Shown in pieces: positions 36,297-54,455 of a stretch of 64,000 nucleotides of DNA. Source of the DNA: the human T2T-CHM13v2.0 reference genome, Homo sapiens; NCBI RefSeq assembly GCF_009914755.1, contig NC_060929.1. One strand, 5' to 3'. How positions within the stretch are numbered: the first letter of the stretch is position 1; every line of letters begins with the position of its first letter. The notes beneath the pieces are model-generated. The model worked only from the letters and a program-made list of their open reading frames with translations, was not told where the DNA came from and did not search any database. The position numbers and the translations under genes were made by a program.

Positions 36297-37919
36297 TTTT
36301 TTTTTTCTCTTGAGCATCCGAAGTCCTTTATTTGAACATAATTGCTGTTTGCCAAATAGAAGACACAGAAAGCAGACAGTGAAAACAGAGCCCAGTGACC
36401 AGAGCCAGCCCCTTGGCTGGGGACCCTCCCCTACTACCTGGTGGACCAGCTGGCAACCTCTGCCCCTCCCCGGACCCTGGGCCTTTGGCATAATGCTGAT
36501 GAGGGGCTGCAGGCAGTGAAGCCCCTTGATTCAAAGCAGAGATTTGAATGGGTGCTGGAGAATGGGACAGTGGAGAGGCCAGGGAGGGCTGGGCAGGCCT
36601 CCCAGCCCGGCCAAGCAGCACAAGTGGAGGAAGCCAGGAGCGGGCAAGATGGCTTCTATCTGTTTTCTGAAAAGGGGCACGTAGGGGCCTGCAAGCAGGT
36701 GGCGATGGCAGCTGGGGCGGGTCACACGCCGACATCCTTCTCATTGCCCGTCTTGGGAACAGCTTCCAGCAGCGGGTCCCCGGGACCCGCCTCCTCTCCC
36801 ACCTTGGCCTGGCTGGCCTTAGAGTTGGGGACCCAGAGGCCAGAGTCAAAGCAGCGCTGCATGTGGTACTTCGCGTTGGTGGGGTCCGTCTTGCTGATGG
36901 CATCTTGCAGCATCTGCACGTCTTTCACATGGAAGCACTTCTGGAGTTCCTCGGGGAGGGACTCGTAGACCTCGATGGGGTCCAGGCCGCCAGGGCCGAG
37001 CTGCTTCTGGCGCTCCTCCTCCTCGTACTCCTTCATGGCCTTCTTGATGGGCAGCTTGGCACGGCCCTGCACATGCTCTTTGAGGGTTTCCAGCTCGTCG
37101 TTGAAGCCCTCCACGTACTGGCGATCGGCTGTCCTAATCTCAGTGAAGAACTGCCGGAAGCAGGCCCGGGGGTCCACCTTCAGGCTCTTGGCCAGCTCCA
37201 GGATAAACTGCATGACGATTGTCTGGGGGACCACCTGCTCCATGAGTGCACATTTCTCCACCACCTCTAGATCAATGCACCAGATGACCAAGTAATTGGC
37301 TGTCTCCTCGCACACCAGGTGGACGTTGTCCGACAGGTACTCTTGGCTGTCATCCCAGTGGCGAGCATGCCAAAGTGCTTGGTCTGTTTCTCGCACTTTT
37401 CCACGAAGGTCTTGTGTTTCTGCTCCCTCACCTCCTCTGAGTCCTCCTCCGTCTTCTCCGGCTTGGTGTTGACCATGCTCTTGCTGAAGCCATCTTTGCT
37501 AAGCGTGTCCACGTTCCAGGGCATGCTCTTCTCCTTCTTGTGCATCTCCTCCAGCTTCTGCTCCCAGCTCCGATCCTCACGCAGCTGCTGCGCCTCGGCC
37601 TGCAGCTGCTCCAGCTCTGCCTTGCCGCCCTCAGCCACCTTCAGCTCCTTCAGTTTCCTCTGGCACTTGGCCACCTTGTGCTTGCGCTTGTGGCAGCCCC
37701 TGTCCAGTTCCTCTTCTCCTTCTGGGACTGCTCCATGCGCTCCCCCTGGGCCTGGTGCTGCCAGTGGAAGAGGCTGGCCGTGTAGATGTTGGCATGCGTC
37801 TCGTCTTCATCATCAGACACCTCTATGTGGTTCCACATGCTGTAGTCCACCATCTTGCCTTGGCGGCCCAGCCCGCTCTGGCTTGGGTGGCAGCGGCAGC
37901 AGCGCTGGAGACTCCCAAG
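36297..37919 (-). pseudogene. CDC37: CDC37 (HSP90 kinase co-chaperone) processed pseudogene with 5' UTR, frameshifted CDS, 3' UTR and poly(A)
   Basis: ATG at 37853 gives [20 protein letters not shown]; then KSMPWNVDTLSKDGFSKSMVN; then WDDSQEYLSDNVHLVCEETANYLVIWCIDLE...GPGGLDPIEVYESLPEELQKCF...EKDVGV* (stop 36722). Intronless, two frameshifts (about 37715 and about 37363). AATAAA at 36327-36332, A tail to 36306, TSD GCAAGTCTT (36288-36296, 37920-37928). Confidence 0.97.
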
Positions 37920-38329
37920 GCAAGTCTTAAATCTCTTCATGTGTGGAACCTACTGACACCATCAACTCTGTCTGTTGCCAGGTGAGGGGGAAGGTCCTTG
38001 TAGTCATAAAATGGCTCCACACAGGGTTTAGTTCATCTTTATGAGGGATATGGAATACATTTATCCATGGAGCATTCATTATTTGCTCCAAAGTGTCTCT
38101 CTTGCTGGAATTGAGAATGAGAAATTTCTTAAGCAGGTTTTCACCTTCCATGAACAAGTAGAAGTGAATGTGATACATTCTACTCTGTACTTCATCCTAC
38201 AGCTCCTTGAAATTCTGTCCATCAAAGGCAGGGATCCATTGACCAGTGTATAGAAGCTGACTCCTGAGATCCATGGTGGGTCCATCATACTTTTGACCAT
38301 GAAGAGTTCCAGGGCAGCAAAAGGGATAA

Positions 38330-39128
<799 letters not shown>

Positions 39129-39292
39129 TGAACTCCTTACGAGAACTGCCCGTCTTGGCCTCCCAAAGTGCTGGGATCACAGGTGTGAGCCACTGTGCCC
39201 AACCATCTGCTTTTGAATCTCTATGGACAACAAACTTCTGGTGACAGTAATGTACAGCAGACACTATCTGGCGGAATTTGACTTGGTCATTT

Positions 39293-39813
39293 TGTTACCA
39301 AGCAAAAGGGGCTCACTGCCCAATGCGCTACAAGCCAATGCAATGACTCCAGGTTTTGAGGAAAAGCAAAGCTTTTTATTACAGGTTGACCAATAAGGAG
39401 ATAGGAGTCCAGCTCAAATCTGTCTGCTTGTGCTGGCTTTAAGGCAATATTATTAGAAAAGGTTTGGGGGTGAATTCTGAGATTAGCAGGTGGTTGGTGG
39501 AAGGAAAGGGGAGGTCTGGGAAGTCCTCCAGCATACGCAGCTATCTCTTCATGCTTCCTCGTGGGTCGCATGTGCAAATTTGGGAGGAGTTAGTATGAAA
39601 CATCTGGTGGAGATCCAGACTGCGATGTAAGCAACCTTGTTTTACACAGATTCCATTTGGCCATATTGGTTCCAACCAATTTCAGTCAATTTTTAAATCT
39701 CATAAGCAGAAGGAATTTCAGCAATTCAGCAAGTTATTTCTTATCTGCCATCCTGTAAACTCAAGAATTTCTGTTAGTCACTGGTTTCTTGAACTCTTTG
39801 GGGCACAGTTTCA
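39293..39813 (-). mobile_element. ERV1-class solo LTR inside the MARK2 kinase-domain remnant
   Basis: TGAAAC...TGGTAACA termini on the minus strand; codons MKEKE and ..KFRQ rejoin when it is removed. Subfamily not assigned. Confidence 0.75.
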
Positions 39814-40431
39814 CTCTTTTTCTTTCATACTTCCATGAGGCAGGAGGACTCTTCTCCAGCGGTGTAGTCCGTGACAAGGAATCTTGTTCTCAGTCTCAAC
39901 CCCTTCAAATAATTTCACCATGATGGGATGATTCTAAGCCTTCATGCTTTTTACTTCGCAGGATTGTCTCTGGAAGCTAGAGGAATTCTGTTGAGTCTGG
40001 TCAATGATCCCCCATGGCTACATATTTCCCAGTAAGGATGTGCCAGGCCAACTTTGACAGGCAAAGGTACCCTTGATGATGGTGTTGAGGAGCTGGTGTT
40101 TGCTAACATGGGTGTTCTCAGCCGAGATGGACAAGAGGCCCTGCCATACATTGGACTTACTGCTGGGCTTGAAGGCAGAGTGCCCCATGGTCAGCTGAAA
40201 ACTGAGAAAAGCTAGAGAGAAGCTTGGTCTAGATCATGTCAAAAGAAAAATCACTCCCAAAGACCACCTGACCAACTGATCTTTATAATGGGATCAAAAC
40301 ACAATGCTAAACTAAAAATAAACAAAAATCAAATACTAACAAAAATTTTTTTAAATGAGGAAAGGAAGGGCTGGGTGCCATGGCTCACGCTTGTAATCCC
40401 AGCACTTTGGGAGGTCAATGTGGGCAGATCA

Positions 40432-40844
<413 letters not shown>

Positions 40845-40847
40845 TTA

Positions 40848-41095
40848 TAAAAAAAAAAAAAAAAAGAAAGAAAAAAAGAAAGAAAAAAGTGAGAAAAAGA
40901 AAAAAGGATAAGGAAAAAGAAAACAATGAGAAAAATAAAAGTAAAGAAGACCAAGAAAAAGGGAAAAATGAGAAAACTAAAAAAAGAGAAAGAATACAAA
41001 TGGGAAAATGAGAAAAAGAATAAAAAAAGAGAGAGAGCGAAAGTTAATAACAAATGAAAAAGACAGAAAGCCTACAATGCCAAAAAGAAAACAAG
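40848..41095. repeat. A/GA-rich low-complexity tract (polypyrimidine on minus strand)
   Basis: Directly visible, about 250 bp. Confidence 0.9.
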
Positions 41096-41177
41096 TAAAT
41101 TTTGGGCAAAATCCCTTAGGTCATTGAAAACCAGCCTCCTGAGCTAGAAAGCCCGGAAACCTAAGCCCAACCAGGGA

Positions 41178-41225
41178 CTTATATACGTGCCTGGAATTCT
41201 AGAACAGTGGCTTCCTAGGACGTCA
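41178..41225 (-). promoter_or_regulatory. Candidate relic promoter: TATA box plus CRE-like site facing the MARK2 copy
   Basis: Minus strand TATATAAG (41178-41185) with TGACGTCC (7/8 CRE, 41218-41225) about 35 bp upstream. Motif evidence only. Confidence 0.35.
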
Positions 41226-41263
41226 TAGCAAGAAAGGGACCTATCATGGCTGATGATAATCCA

Positions 41264-41397
41264 CAGTGGTTTCCTCATTTTTTGGTCTCAAGAAAGCCTT
41301 ACTGTTAAAAAAATTTTGAGAACCCTAAATAGCAACAGCTTTTCCTTTATGTAGGTTATAGATATTGCTATTTGCCTTATTAGAAATTAAAACCGAT
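41264..41397 (+). mobile_element. hAT DNA transposon end (Charlie1-like)
   Basis: CAGTGGTTTCCTCATTTTTTGGTCTCAAG...TATTAGAAATTAAAAC resembles the Charlie1 5' terminus as I recall it. Confidence 0.6.
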
Positions 41398-41656
41398 ACG
41401 ATGCTTCAGTGGCTTTTTCATTTCTAGCTCGAAAAGCTTTTGGCTTATTATGTTTTTAAATGTCCAAATATGTGGCGATTTTTAATTTATCTTTTTATTA
41501 GTTTTTAAATTTTATTCATATTTTAGTTTGTATCTATAATAAAAGGACCCTGTGTAAACAAAAATAACTAAAATATCATTCTAAAAACAATAATTCCTCA
41601 ATATTAACATCTTTTCAGTGTTAAAAATTTTAATTGTCCCACATATTTTGAATTAA

Positions 41657-41972
<316 letters not shown>

Positions 41973-42377
41973 TGAAATTTTTTGTTTTTCAGATTGTCTA
42001 TTCGAATCAGGAACCAAATAAGGTCCATATATTGTGATTGATTATGTCCTTTAAAAGGCTTTAAAAATCTATCAGTTTTCACTCTAATCTCCTTTATAAT
42101 CTATCTTTGAGAAATCCAGATTGTCAGCATCCTCCTCTTTGCAGTTTGCTGATTGTATTCGTGGTATAGATTAACCAGTTTCTCTGTATTTTCTGTACAT
42201 TGATGGTTGAATCTTGAGGTTTGATCAGATTTAGATGTGAATTTATTTTGGTAAGACTTCTTCACAGGTGGTGTTCTGCTCTTTTATTAGGAGCCACATG
42301 ATGTCTGATGAGCTCTCTTCTTGTGATGTTAGCAGACTTTCATTCTAATTTCCTAGATCTATTAAATCATGATCGGT

Positions 42378-44187
<1,810 letters not shown>

Positions 44188-46963
44188 TTAATTATTGGCT
44201 GGAATACTTTAACAAAGAGAAATGTGTCATCTATTGTTATAAACTTCTAACTCACTTGGGATGAGAGATGACTTTATGATTCCTGTTCTTGCAATAAAAG
44301 GTATTTTGAAAGATTCCAAATTAAGCCAAAGAAATAAATCGCTAAGAGAGGAATTTTGGCATCAGAAACATCACTTTAAATGTTTGAGGTCCTGAGAATA
44401 TTTGAGGTCTTGTTATGGCTGAAATAATATAAAGTAAATAATCTACAGTGCTACCCACAGCCCTCAACAATGTGCCCAACCCGCAATACACATTCAGTAC
44501 ATATTAGCCATTATTAACATCATATAATCTAACCATCGCATTTTAGATGTGGAAAATTGGGGGTTATTCATTTGTTTGTTCATTCAACAAATGTTTACTG
44601 AGCCCTTATTAAACTCTCTGAGGAGGCACAGTTCTAGGGGCTGGGGAAACCACAAAACCAAGTCTCTGAGTTTGTTGTGCTTTGTTGTGGGTTGTGGGAA
44701 ATCTAAGAGGGTGATAAATGATATGAAGGAAATAAACAGGGTGATGTGTTAGTCCTACTGGGTGGGGCATTACTTTAGGTGGGGCGCTAACATTGGGAGA
44801 AAGGAGCCCGATAGGTAGAGGTGTAGAAAGAGGACTTTCCACGCAGGGGATACTGCAAGTGCAAAGGCTCCGAGGTGGGAATAAGCTGGACATGTTCCAG
44901 GAGCAGAAAGGCAATCAGTGCGGTTGAGTCTGAATGAGCAGGCAGAAGGGTGGTAGAAGGTCCATGTAGAGAGACAGGTGGAAGCAGAGATGAGAATCCT
45001 GTTTTTCTGGTGGCTTCTGTGTTGGTACATTTTGTATATAACTTTGTACGATTCGGGGGCCCACTTTGTACGATTTGCAGCTACAAAATACAGTGTTTTC
45101 AAAATCACTTTCCTCATCCTGCCTGTTTAGACCTGTGCCTTTTGAGAGCCAGTTCTGAAGCAGACAGCAGTTCCGTGCTGCACCCAGGTTTTCTTTCTGG
45201 CGGCTTGCAGCTCCTGGTGTTTTCAGGGACCGCTGGTGAGAGCTGCTGATTTGGAGTTGAAGAGCCAGCCCCAGGGCCGTTCCATGTCGTGCTCTGCCCT
45301 GACCTCTGGTGGAATCGGCCTGTTAAGACATAGACCAAGTGGGAATGTGGAAGTCCTTGCCTCCTTCTTCCATTTGGCTGGGAGTATGCGATGTATTATG
45401 AAGGCCTCCAGCACCTCAGGTCCTCTTCAGATTTTCAGGACCTTTGGAGGGACAGGATTTCAGACACTGCCATGGGATGGCCCAATGACTTTTGACCATC
45501 CAACACCTCTTGGCCTCAGGGATTGGCTCAGAAAGGGCACATGACCCAGTCTGGGCAAGTCAGGTCTTCCCTAAGCATTGGTACAGGGACCTTAGGAGAC
45601 AGAACATCTTTTTACCTGGGATTTGGAGTTATAATGTCCTTTTATACTTGGACTGCCAGTCTCCATCTCTTTGGCCACACGAAGGGAGGCTTCCTGAGAA
45701 TTTAAATCAATACTGAGGAGGAAGGTGGGGTCTGGAGATGTGATGGGAACCATCATTTAAGCTCCTGCTTCGGTTTGGGCTTAGACTGAGCCAATAAATA
45801 ACTTTTTCTCTTAAGCTGGTTTCAGTTAGGTTTCTGTTGCTTGCAACTGGAAATCTCCTAATTGCTATGTCAATCAGTGCTAGCCATCACTATTAGTAGT
45901 GGTACTGATCAAAAGTAAGTTTGAGGTAGATACACAATGGCACTCTATGGCAGAATCCACATTTGTCACTATATAGTGATCTGTTTTTCTGTTTCTAAAT
46001 GTTGGTCTCTCTCATTCCATAAAGGCAGAAACCATATTTGTTTTGCTCATCAGTCTAGCTCACTGTCTAGTTGAGTAAGTCTTCAATAAATACTTGTGGA
46101 ATGAATAAATAGTTGCATGGCAATGTTTACTGATGTGAGAAGGTAACTTACATTCTCTAATACTATTGTAGCCATCTAGGGGAATGTGCTTATTCTTTAG
46201 CTAGTCATGCTGAAGGGTTTATGGGCAAAGTTGGATGATATCTGCCGCAACTTAGTTGGTTCAGGAAAAAAAAGTATTATCTGTATGTGTATATCAATGA
46301 CACAACCACAATGTGAAAGTTTAAGAGCTTTTAGCACTCACTACAACCCCATGCACCCATCACTCAGATTCAATAATGATCTGATGAGCCATCTTGTTTC
46401 ATTTCTACTCCTACTACCTTCCTGTCTCTATAGACTTATTTTGGAATTATTTACTTTGAAGTAATTTCAAGCTTGCAAAAAAATTGCAAGTATAGTTTGG
46501 AGAATACCCAAATACTCTTTGTTTAAATTCACTATTTTTAAAAATCTTATCATGCTCCCTCATGTGCAATGTTTGTGTATATATATCTGTATGTGTTTAC
46601 AGATATATGTGCATGTAGACATAAAATCGTTAATTTTTGGACCATCTGACAGTAGGCTGCATGGCTAAGGCCTCTTTACTTCATGTATATGTATATGTGT
46701 GTTAAGAGACAGAGTACAAATACAGCAAAATGTTAACCATTATTGAAATTAAGTGGTGGCTATAGAGGTATTCATTGTACTATTCTTTCAATTTCTATGT
46801 ATTTAAAAATTATCAAAATAAAAAATAGGAAAAGAAAAAATATTACCATTGTCTTGATGTGCAGTCGTGATCACCCTGCTTTTAAGAAATTTCCAATCAT
46901 GGCTGGGCATGGTGGCTCACGCCTGTAATCTCAGCACTTCGGGAGGCCAAGGCGGGCAGATCA

Positions 46964-47218
<255 letters not shown>

Positions 47219-47995
47219 CTATAATTCGGGGAAATTACGGAAAAACTATTTGCATTATAAAGAAATGTTCATGTTCTGGGAAAAATATCTCCTCAAGTCT
47301 TCTTCAAATAATAGCAATTAAAATGATCCAATGAAGGCATACAGTTCAGCTGTAGAGGAAATGAAATTAGCCCAAGAGAACAAATCTTTTCTTTCCCTTC
47401 TCCCTTCCTTTCTTCCTTCATCTTTCCCTAGTTTGCTAAAATTTTTTAAAAAGCTCTTGTTTTCAGATTATAAAGTCATGGTAAAAAAAAGTTCAGACAA
47501 TAATGAAAGGGGTAAAGAAGACATTAAAATTATCCACGACGTTACATTCTAAAAATAATAGTGAAAACAGCACAAAACACTGTTCTAAACACATTCATAC
47601 TTTACTAATACCCCAAGGAAGTAGTTTCTACTATCATTCATATTTTACAGGTGGGGAAGTTGAGGCACAAAGGGGTTGAGTAAATTTCCTAAGATGAAAG
47701 TCCAGCTCCACCTAAGATTTGTAAGAGCTTGAATTCGAACTCAGGCAATCTGACTCTAAAACCTGTGCTCTTCACCACTATCCGACCCCACCTTGCTGAG
47801 AAAAAGGCACTTCGAACCCTTTGGTAAATATTCTTTTGTACAGATGTGCACTCTTGCTCACATACACACAAGTGCACACATATACAATCACGCACGTGAT
47901 CATATGCATATACCCAGACATGTGCACATACATGTCACAAACACACATATGAGCACATCCACATTTTACAAAACAATCATTTTATTTATGGCAGT

Positions 47996-48373
47996 TGACA
48001 TGGTTAGGCTTTGTGTCCCTACCGAAATCTCATCTTGAATTGTAATCCCCATAATCTCCACCTGTCAAGGTTGGGAGCAGGTGGAGGTAATTGAATCTTG
48101 GGGGCGGTTCCCCTATGCTGTTCTCGTGATAGTGAGTGAGTTCTTAGGAGATCTGATGGTTTTATAAGCGTCTGGCGTTTCCCCTGCTTGCATTCACTCT
48201 GTCCTGCCGCCCAGTGAGGAAGGTTCCAGCTTCTCCTTTGCCCTCCGCCATGACTGTAAGTTTCCCGAGGCTTCCCCAGCAATGTGGAACTGTGAGTCAA
48301 TCAAACCTTCTTCCTTTATAAATTACCCGGTCTCAGATATTTCGTCATGGCAGTGTGAGAACAGACTAATACA
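47996..48373 (+). mobile_element. THE1/MST MaLR solo LTR
   Basis: TGACATGGTTAGGCTTTGTGTCCCTACCGAAATCTCATCTTGAATTGTAATCCCC start and CAGACTAATACA end. Confidence 0.88.
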
Positions 48374-48906
48374 GTGCTTCATGACTCATGTTTTACATAC
48401 AAAAGTAGGCAGGAGAGTTTAACGAACCCCTGTTTTGAGTGAAACAATCAACTTTACTGTCTCCAGCACCTGAGAGGCCCAGAAAGGAGAGGACCAGCAA
48501 GGGGACTACTGACTTGGGTTCCTTTGTGGCGGCCTTGCTATCCAGGCTCAGATTGCAGGCACGGCTTCCATGATGCAACCACAGTGTGAGTGTTTAGTTT
48601 TTAGCACTCACTACAACCACATGTGCCAGTCACTCAGATTCAATAATAATTTGATGACTCATCTTGTTTCATCTCTACTTCCAGTACTTTTTCCTCTCTA
48701 TAGATTTTTTGGAATTATTTACTTTGAAATAGCTTCATACTTGCAGGAGTATTACTAGTATAGAAAATACCCAGCTGGGCCGGGTGTGGTGGCTCACGCC
48801 TGTAATTCCAGCACTTTGGGAGGCCGAAACCGGAAGGCGGAGGTTGCAGTGATCTGAGGTTGTGCCACTGCACTCTAGCCTGGGCAATGAGAGCAAAACT
48901 CTGTCT

Positions 48907-48940
<34 letters not shown>

Positions 48941-49015
48941 AAGAAAATACCCAGCTGGGCGTGGTGGCTCACACGTGTAATCCCAGCACTTTGGGAGGCC
49001 TAGGCGGGTGGATCA

Positions 49016-49267
<252 letters not shown>

Positions 49268-51721
49268 TCACTAATTTTTAACCTCTTGCCATATATGCTT
49301 TATAATTCTCTCTCTCTGATTTGCTCTATATATGTATATATATATCTGTATGTGTATATACTTGTGTGTATATGTGTATATATATATATAAAATCATTAA
49401 TTTTTGGGTCATCTGACAGTAGGCTGCGTGGCTAAGGCAGCTTTACTTCATACTTCAATGTTCGTTTCCTGAGAACAAAGATATTTTCTTACATAGCCGT
49501 AGTAACTAAATGGAGGAAAGTTAATTGATAGCAATACTTAACATCTATGGTCCGTATTCCAGTTTTGTCAATTGTCCCAATAATGTCCCTTATAATATTT
49601 TTTTAACGCCTAGTCCAGGATCTAGTCCAAGATCATGCATAACATTTGGCTGTCATGTCTTGTTGGTCTCCTTTCATTGGAACTGTTCTTTAGCCTTTCT
49701 TTGCCTTTGATGACATTGACATTTTGGAAGAATAAAGGCTATTTATCTTACAGAATGTTCTTCAACTTGGGTTTATCTTAAGTTTTCTCTTGGCTATGTT
49801 CAGGTTAGGTCTTCCTGGCCAGAATGCTACTGGTCCAGGACGTTGTGTCTGTCCCCAGAAATCACATCTGTGGGTACACAATGTCCATTGATGATGGTAA
49901 TTTTCATCACTGGGTCAAGGTATTGTCCAGTTTCCCTGTGGTATGACATGCTTTTAAACATTTAATAACATATGCTATTTTTTTAAAGCAAGAAAAGCAA
50001 GACCTACAGCATTATTTTTCGTTATGGTGGTATTGCTACCACCATTATCACCATCATCACATCACCATCATGCAAGACTTCTATGTTGGGTGCTGTGTAC
50101 CTGCTTTACCTGCTTTACTACAAAATCACAACTGCTCTGTGAATAAGAGGAACATGTGGCTGAGTGTGATTAAGTAACTTGCCAAAGGCTGAATAGAGCT
50201 CAAACCTGGCTGGCTGGCTGTGATTGTTTTTTATGCAGTTCTCTAACTTTATATGTTTTGCTTTTTTCTCAGTGTTAACTTTTTATAAACAATGCTGCGA
50301 TGAATATCCCAGAAAACATGTGTTTATGAGTTGTCAAAATCCCAGCCCTTAGGCCTCTAGACTCCATCTCTTCCTGAAATATTAATGAGATAGATATTCT
50401 TAGGTAAACAGAAATATATATGCTCGGCAGTAGGTCATCTTATAAAGCCACGCTGGCTGAGAATTGGAAGGGAGTCATCAGGTTGATCATTCTATCCTGG
50501 GCAAGAAACTTCTCTACCGATGACTTAACAACAGAAATAGTTACCATAGTAATAACACCCCTCGAATACCTCCCTATATGTGAAGCACTTTTCCTTTGTG
50601 ATTTTATTAATCTTTACAATAACTCTGTGAGGTAGATATTATCACCCCACATTCAGATGACAGGAAACACCTGGTGGCATCCCTGACAGATCGACGTAGT
50701 CACTGCTACCAAGTATCTATGAATGGAGAACTCTCCGCTTTGCAAAGTAGACCGAACCACTTATTCATCACTTTAATTGCTTGCTTCTGTAAGTAAGAAT
50801 TCACTTAAAATCGTTATAAAATTCATGGAATTTACTAACTCATTTTTGCATGAGAGAGCTTGCAATGTTTCAATACTAACAATGGACACGGCTGCCATAT
50901 GTTGAGCATTTCTAAGAGGCCAGCATTTTTTCTTGGTGCAATTTTTGCTGGTATAACATCATTTCTGCACAATGACCTTGTTGGGGGTGCTATTATTATC
51001 TCCATCTTATATATGATGTGACTGAGGCCTGTCACTATTAAGTAGAGAGGCCAAGATAGTCCCATGTCACTGCAGGTACTTACCTGGTGACTTTAGAAAC
51101 TGACCTCCCTAGAAAGGTGCCCAAGGGGCTGGGCGCAGTGGCTCATGCCTGTAATCCCAGCACTTTGAGAGACTGAGGTGAGAGGATCACCTGAGGTCAG
51201 GAGTTTGAGACCAGTCTAGCCAACATGGTGAAATCCCATCTCTACTAAAAATATGAAAAATTAGCCAGGCGTAGTGGGGGGCACCTGTAATCCCACCTGC
51301 CCAGGAGGCTGAGGCAGGAGAGTCACTGGAACCAGGAGGCAGAGACTGCAGTGAGCTGAGATCGTGCCACTGCACTCAAGCCTGGGTGACAGAGCAAGGC
51401 TCTGTCTCAAAAAAAAAAAAAAAAAAAAAAGAAAGATGCCCAAGGACAGAAGGTCAGTGAGGACACTATAGAAAATGATCAACTCAGAAAGACAGAAAGC
51501 AGCTGGCCAAGTTCCTTTCCAAAGGTTTTCAGAGTTTCATAGTGTGTATGTGTGGGTTGGAACAAGCAAAATTTAGATTAAAATCTAGCAAACATTAAGG
51601 ATCATATAAACAAATGTATCTATTGGCATCTATTGATGTTATAGAGGCTTACTGTTAAAACCTAACAGTGGAAACTTTGCTGTGTGCAAGTTTACTTTGG
51701 AATTTATTCTACATACACCTC

Positions 51722-52493
<772 letters not shown>

Positions 52494-54455
52494 TCAAGAT
52501 TGGCAGCTTATTCAATTGTACAGACAAGACATTTTGGTTGTGTCTGTTCCCTTTGAGGTTTTCAAGCTTCAGTGTGTATAAGGGATTTATATGTAGAACT
52601 GTATGTATGTATTCTCTAGGTGGTTTCGAGGCATTTTTTGTTGTTCATTTTGGCTGTATACAATTTTCTTTCTTTTTTATTTTTTTAATTGAGAAAGTCT
52701 TGCTCTTTCACCAGGAATACAGTGGCACTATCCCAGCTCACTGCAGCTTCTGCCTCCCGGGTTCAAGTGATTCTCCTGCCTCAGCCTCCTGAGTAGCTGG
52801 GATTGCAGGCATGCACCACCAGGTCTGGCTAATTTTTGTACTTTTAGTAGAGATGGGGTTTCACCATATTGGCCAGGGTGGTCTCCAACTCTTGACCTCA
52901 AGTGATCTGTCTGCTTTGGCCTCCCAAAGTGCAGGGCTTATAGGTATGAGCCACTGTGCCCGGCCAATTTTCTTATTTAATCATTTAGAACATAACCCCT
53001 AATTTTCTTTGTATCGTGTTCTCTTTACTTTCTGTTCTGTGGACAGTTTTTCTTGGAATATTTTGCCTAGAGGCCTTGTCAACTTGTTCTTCTTTGACTA
53101 TGTTACAGTAGATTTGTGTCTCTCTTTACATGTGGCACCGTTGGGACTGTTATCTCCCTTTTCCCAGGCATGGACTCTACTTCTGTCAATGAAATCTAAC
53201 TTTGCTTTTTTTGTTGTCGTTAAAGCAGCCACACAGTTATTTAACTGAAACCCCCACATCCTTTTTTAAAAAAGTGTATAGTTCTTAAACCAGGTTTACC
53301 TTATTCAATACCTTTGTTAAAACCTAAATATAGGATGTCTCATTGCTCCTGTTAAATTCTACTTTGTTTTCGCTCCATCTCTGACTCTTTTTTTCTCCTC
53401 CATCTTGTTGAAATAGTCTTGCTCCTGTGAGGGCAATTTCATACTATGTATATGATCTCCAAGTATCATAAGTAATTTTGACTTTTAAAAATGTTCATTA
53501 AGGGCTGGGTGTTGTGGCTTAGGCTGTAATCCTGACACCGTGGGAGGCCAAGGCAGCAGGATTAGTTGAGTCCAGGAATTTGAGACCAGCCTGGGCAACA
53601 TGGCAAGACCTCATTTCTACAAAAAAAATGTAAAAATTAGCTGGGCTTGGAGGCATGCATCTGTAGTTCCAGCTAATCTGGAGGCTGCATTCTTAAATAT
53701 GTGGAAGTTCCTCTCATCCTCCAAGTTCATAATTCACAAATGCCCCCAAGTGCAACATTTTTTGGCCTTCTCACAGCCATCACTGACTGACCTTATAAGC
53801 TTTTTGCGAAAATCTGGTTGGTGAGCACTGAATGCTTTTGAAGTTCTGTTCATAATCTGGAAGTACATACTTCCCCTTAGTTATTAAATAACCAAAAAAA
53901 TTCACATTTAATAGGCGTTTTAATAGGAGATAGCCCACATCGATCCCATTAAACAGACCTGTTGGGCTCGTTTGTCATTAACTGGCACCCACATCAGACA
54001 GAGTGGGTCTCAAGGGGAGAAATGGAGGAAGTCGTCTTTCTTGCTGGTCCCTACACCAGCCGGGGTCCAACACTTTAGTCCCTAAGCAGCCTCTGAAAAG
54101 GGACCCTGTGGATATGCAGATGATAATTTTACATGGTCAATGTTGGTTTTTCCTCACATCAGTAGCTATCCACAGCAGTTCTCTGGGGACCTTTTCAAAA
54201 GCCAGTTTGAACATTTGTTCCTTAAAACACAGATTTTTATTAATAATGAGAACACGTTAAAATTGCCAAGTTGTTGATGGGAAAGCCCTCAGCAGCCTTT
54301 TAATAAACTCAAGTGAGTATAATATACATCTACAAAATAGAATTAGAGCTTTAAATTTTTAAAAATTGATTTTAGATGTAAGAATTCAGTCTCATTGACA
54401 TGTAAAAATAAAAAAGCATGCAAAATGTTCAAAGTATTCTCTTTCAAAGTATCTT

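Noticed and set aside
36722-37940. CDC37 as a functional gene
   Set aside because: Intronless, two frameshifts, poly(A) and TSD indicate a processed pseudogene.
36328-37985. Multiple long overlapping ORFs on both strands (up to 203 aa)
   Set aside because: Shadow frames of GC-rich CDC37 coding sequence.
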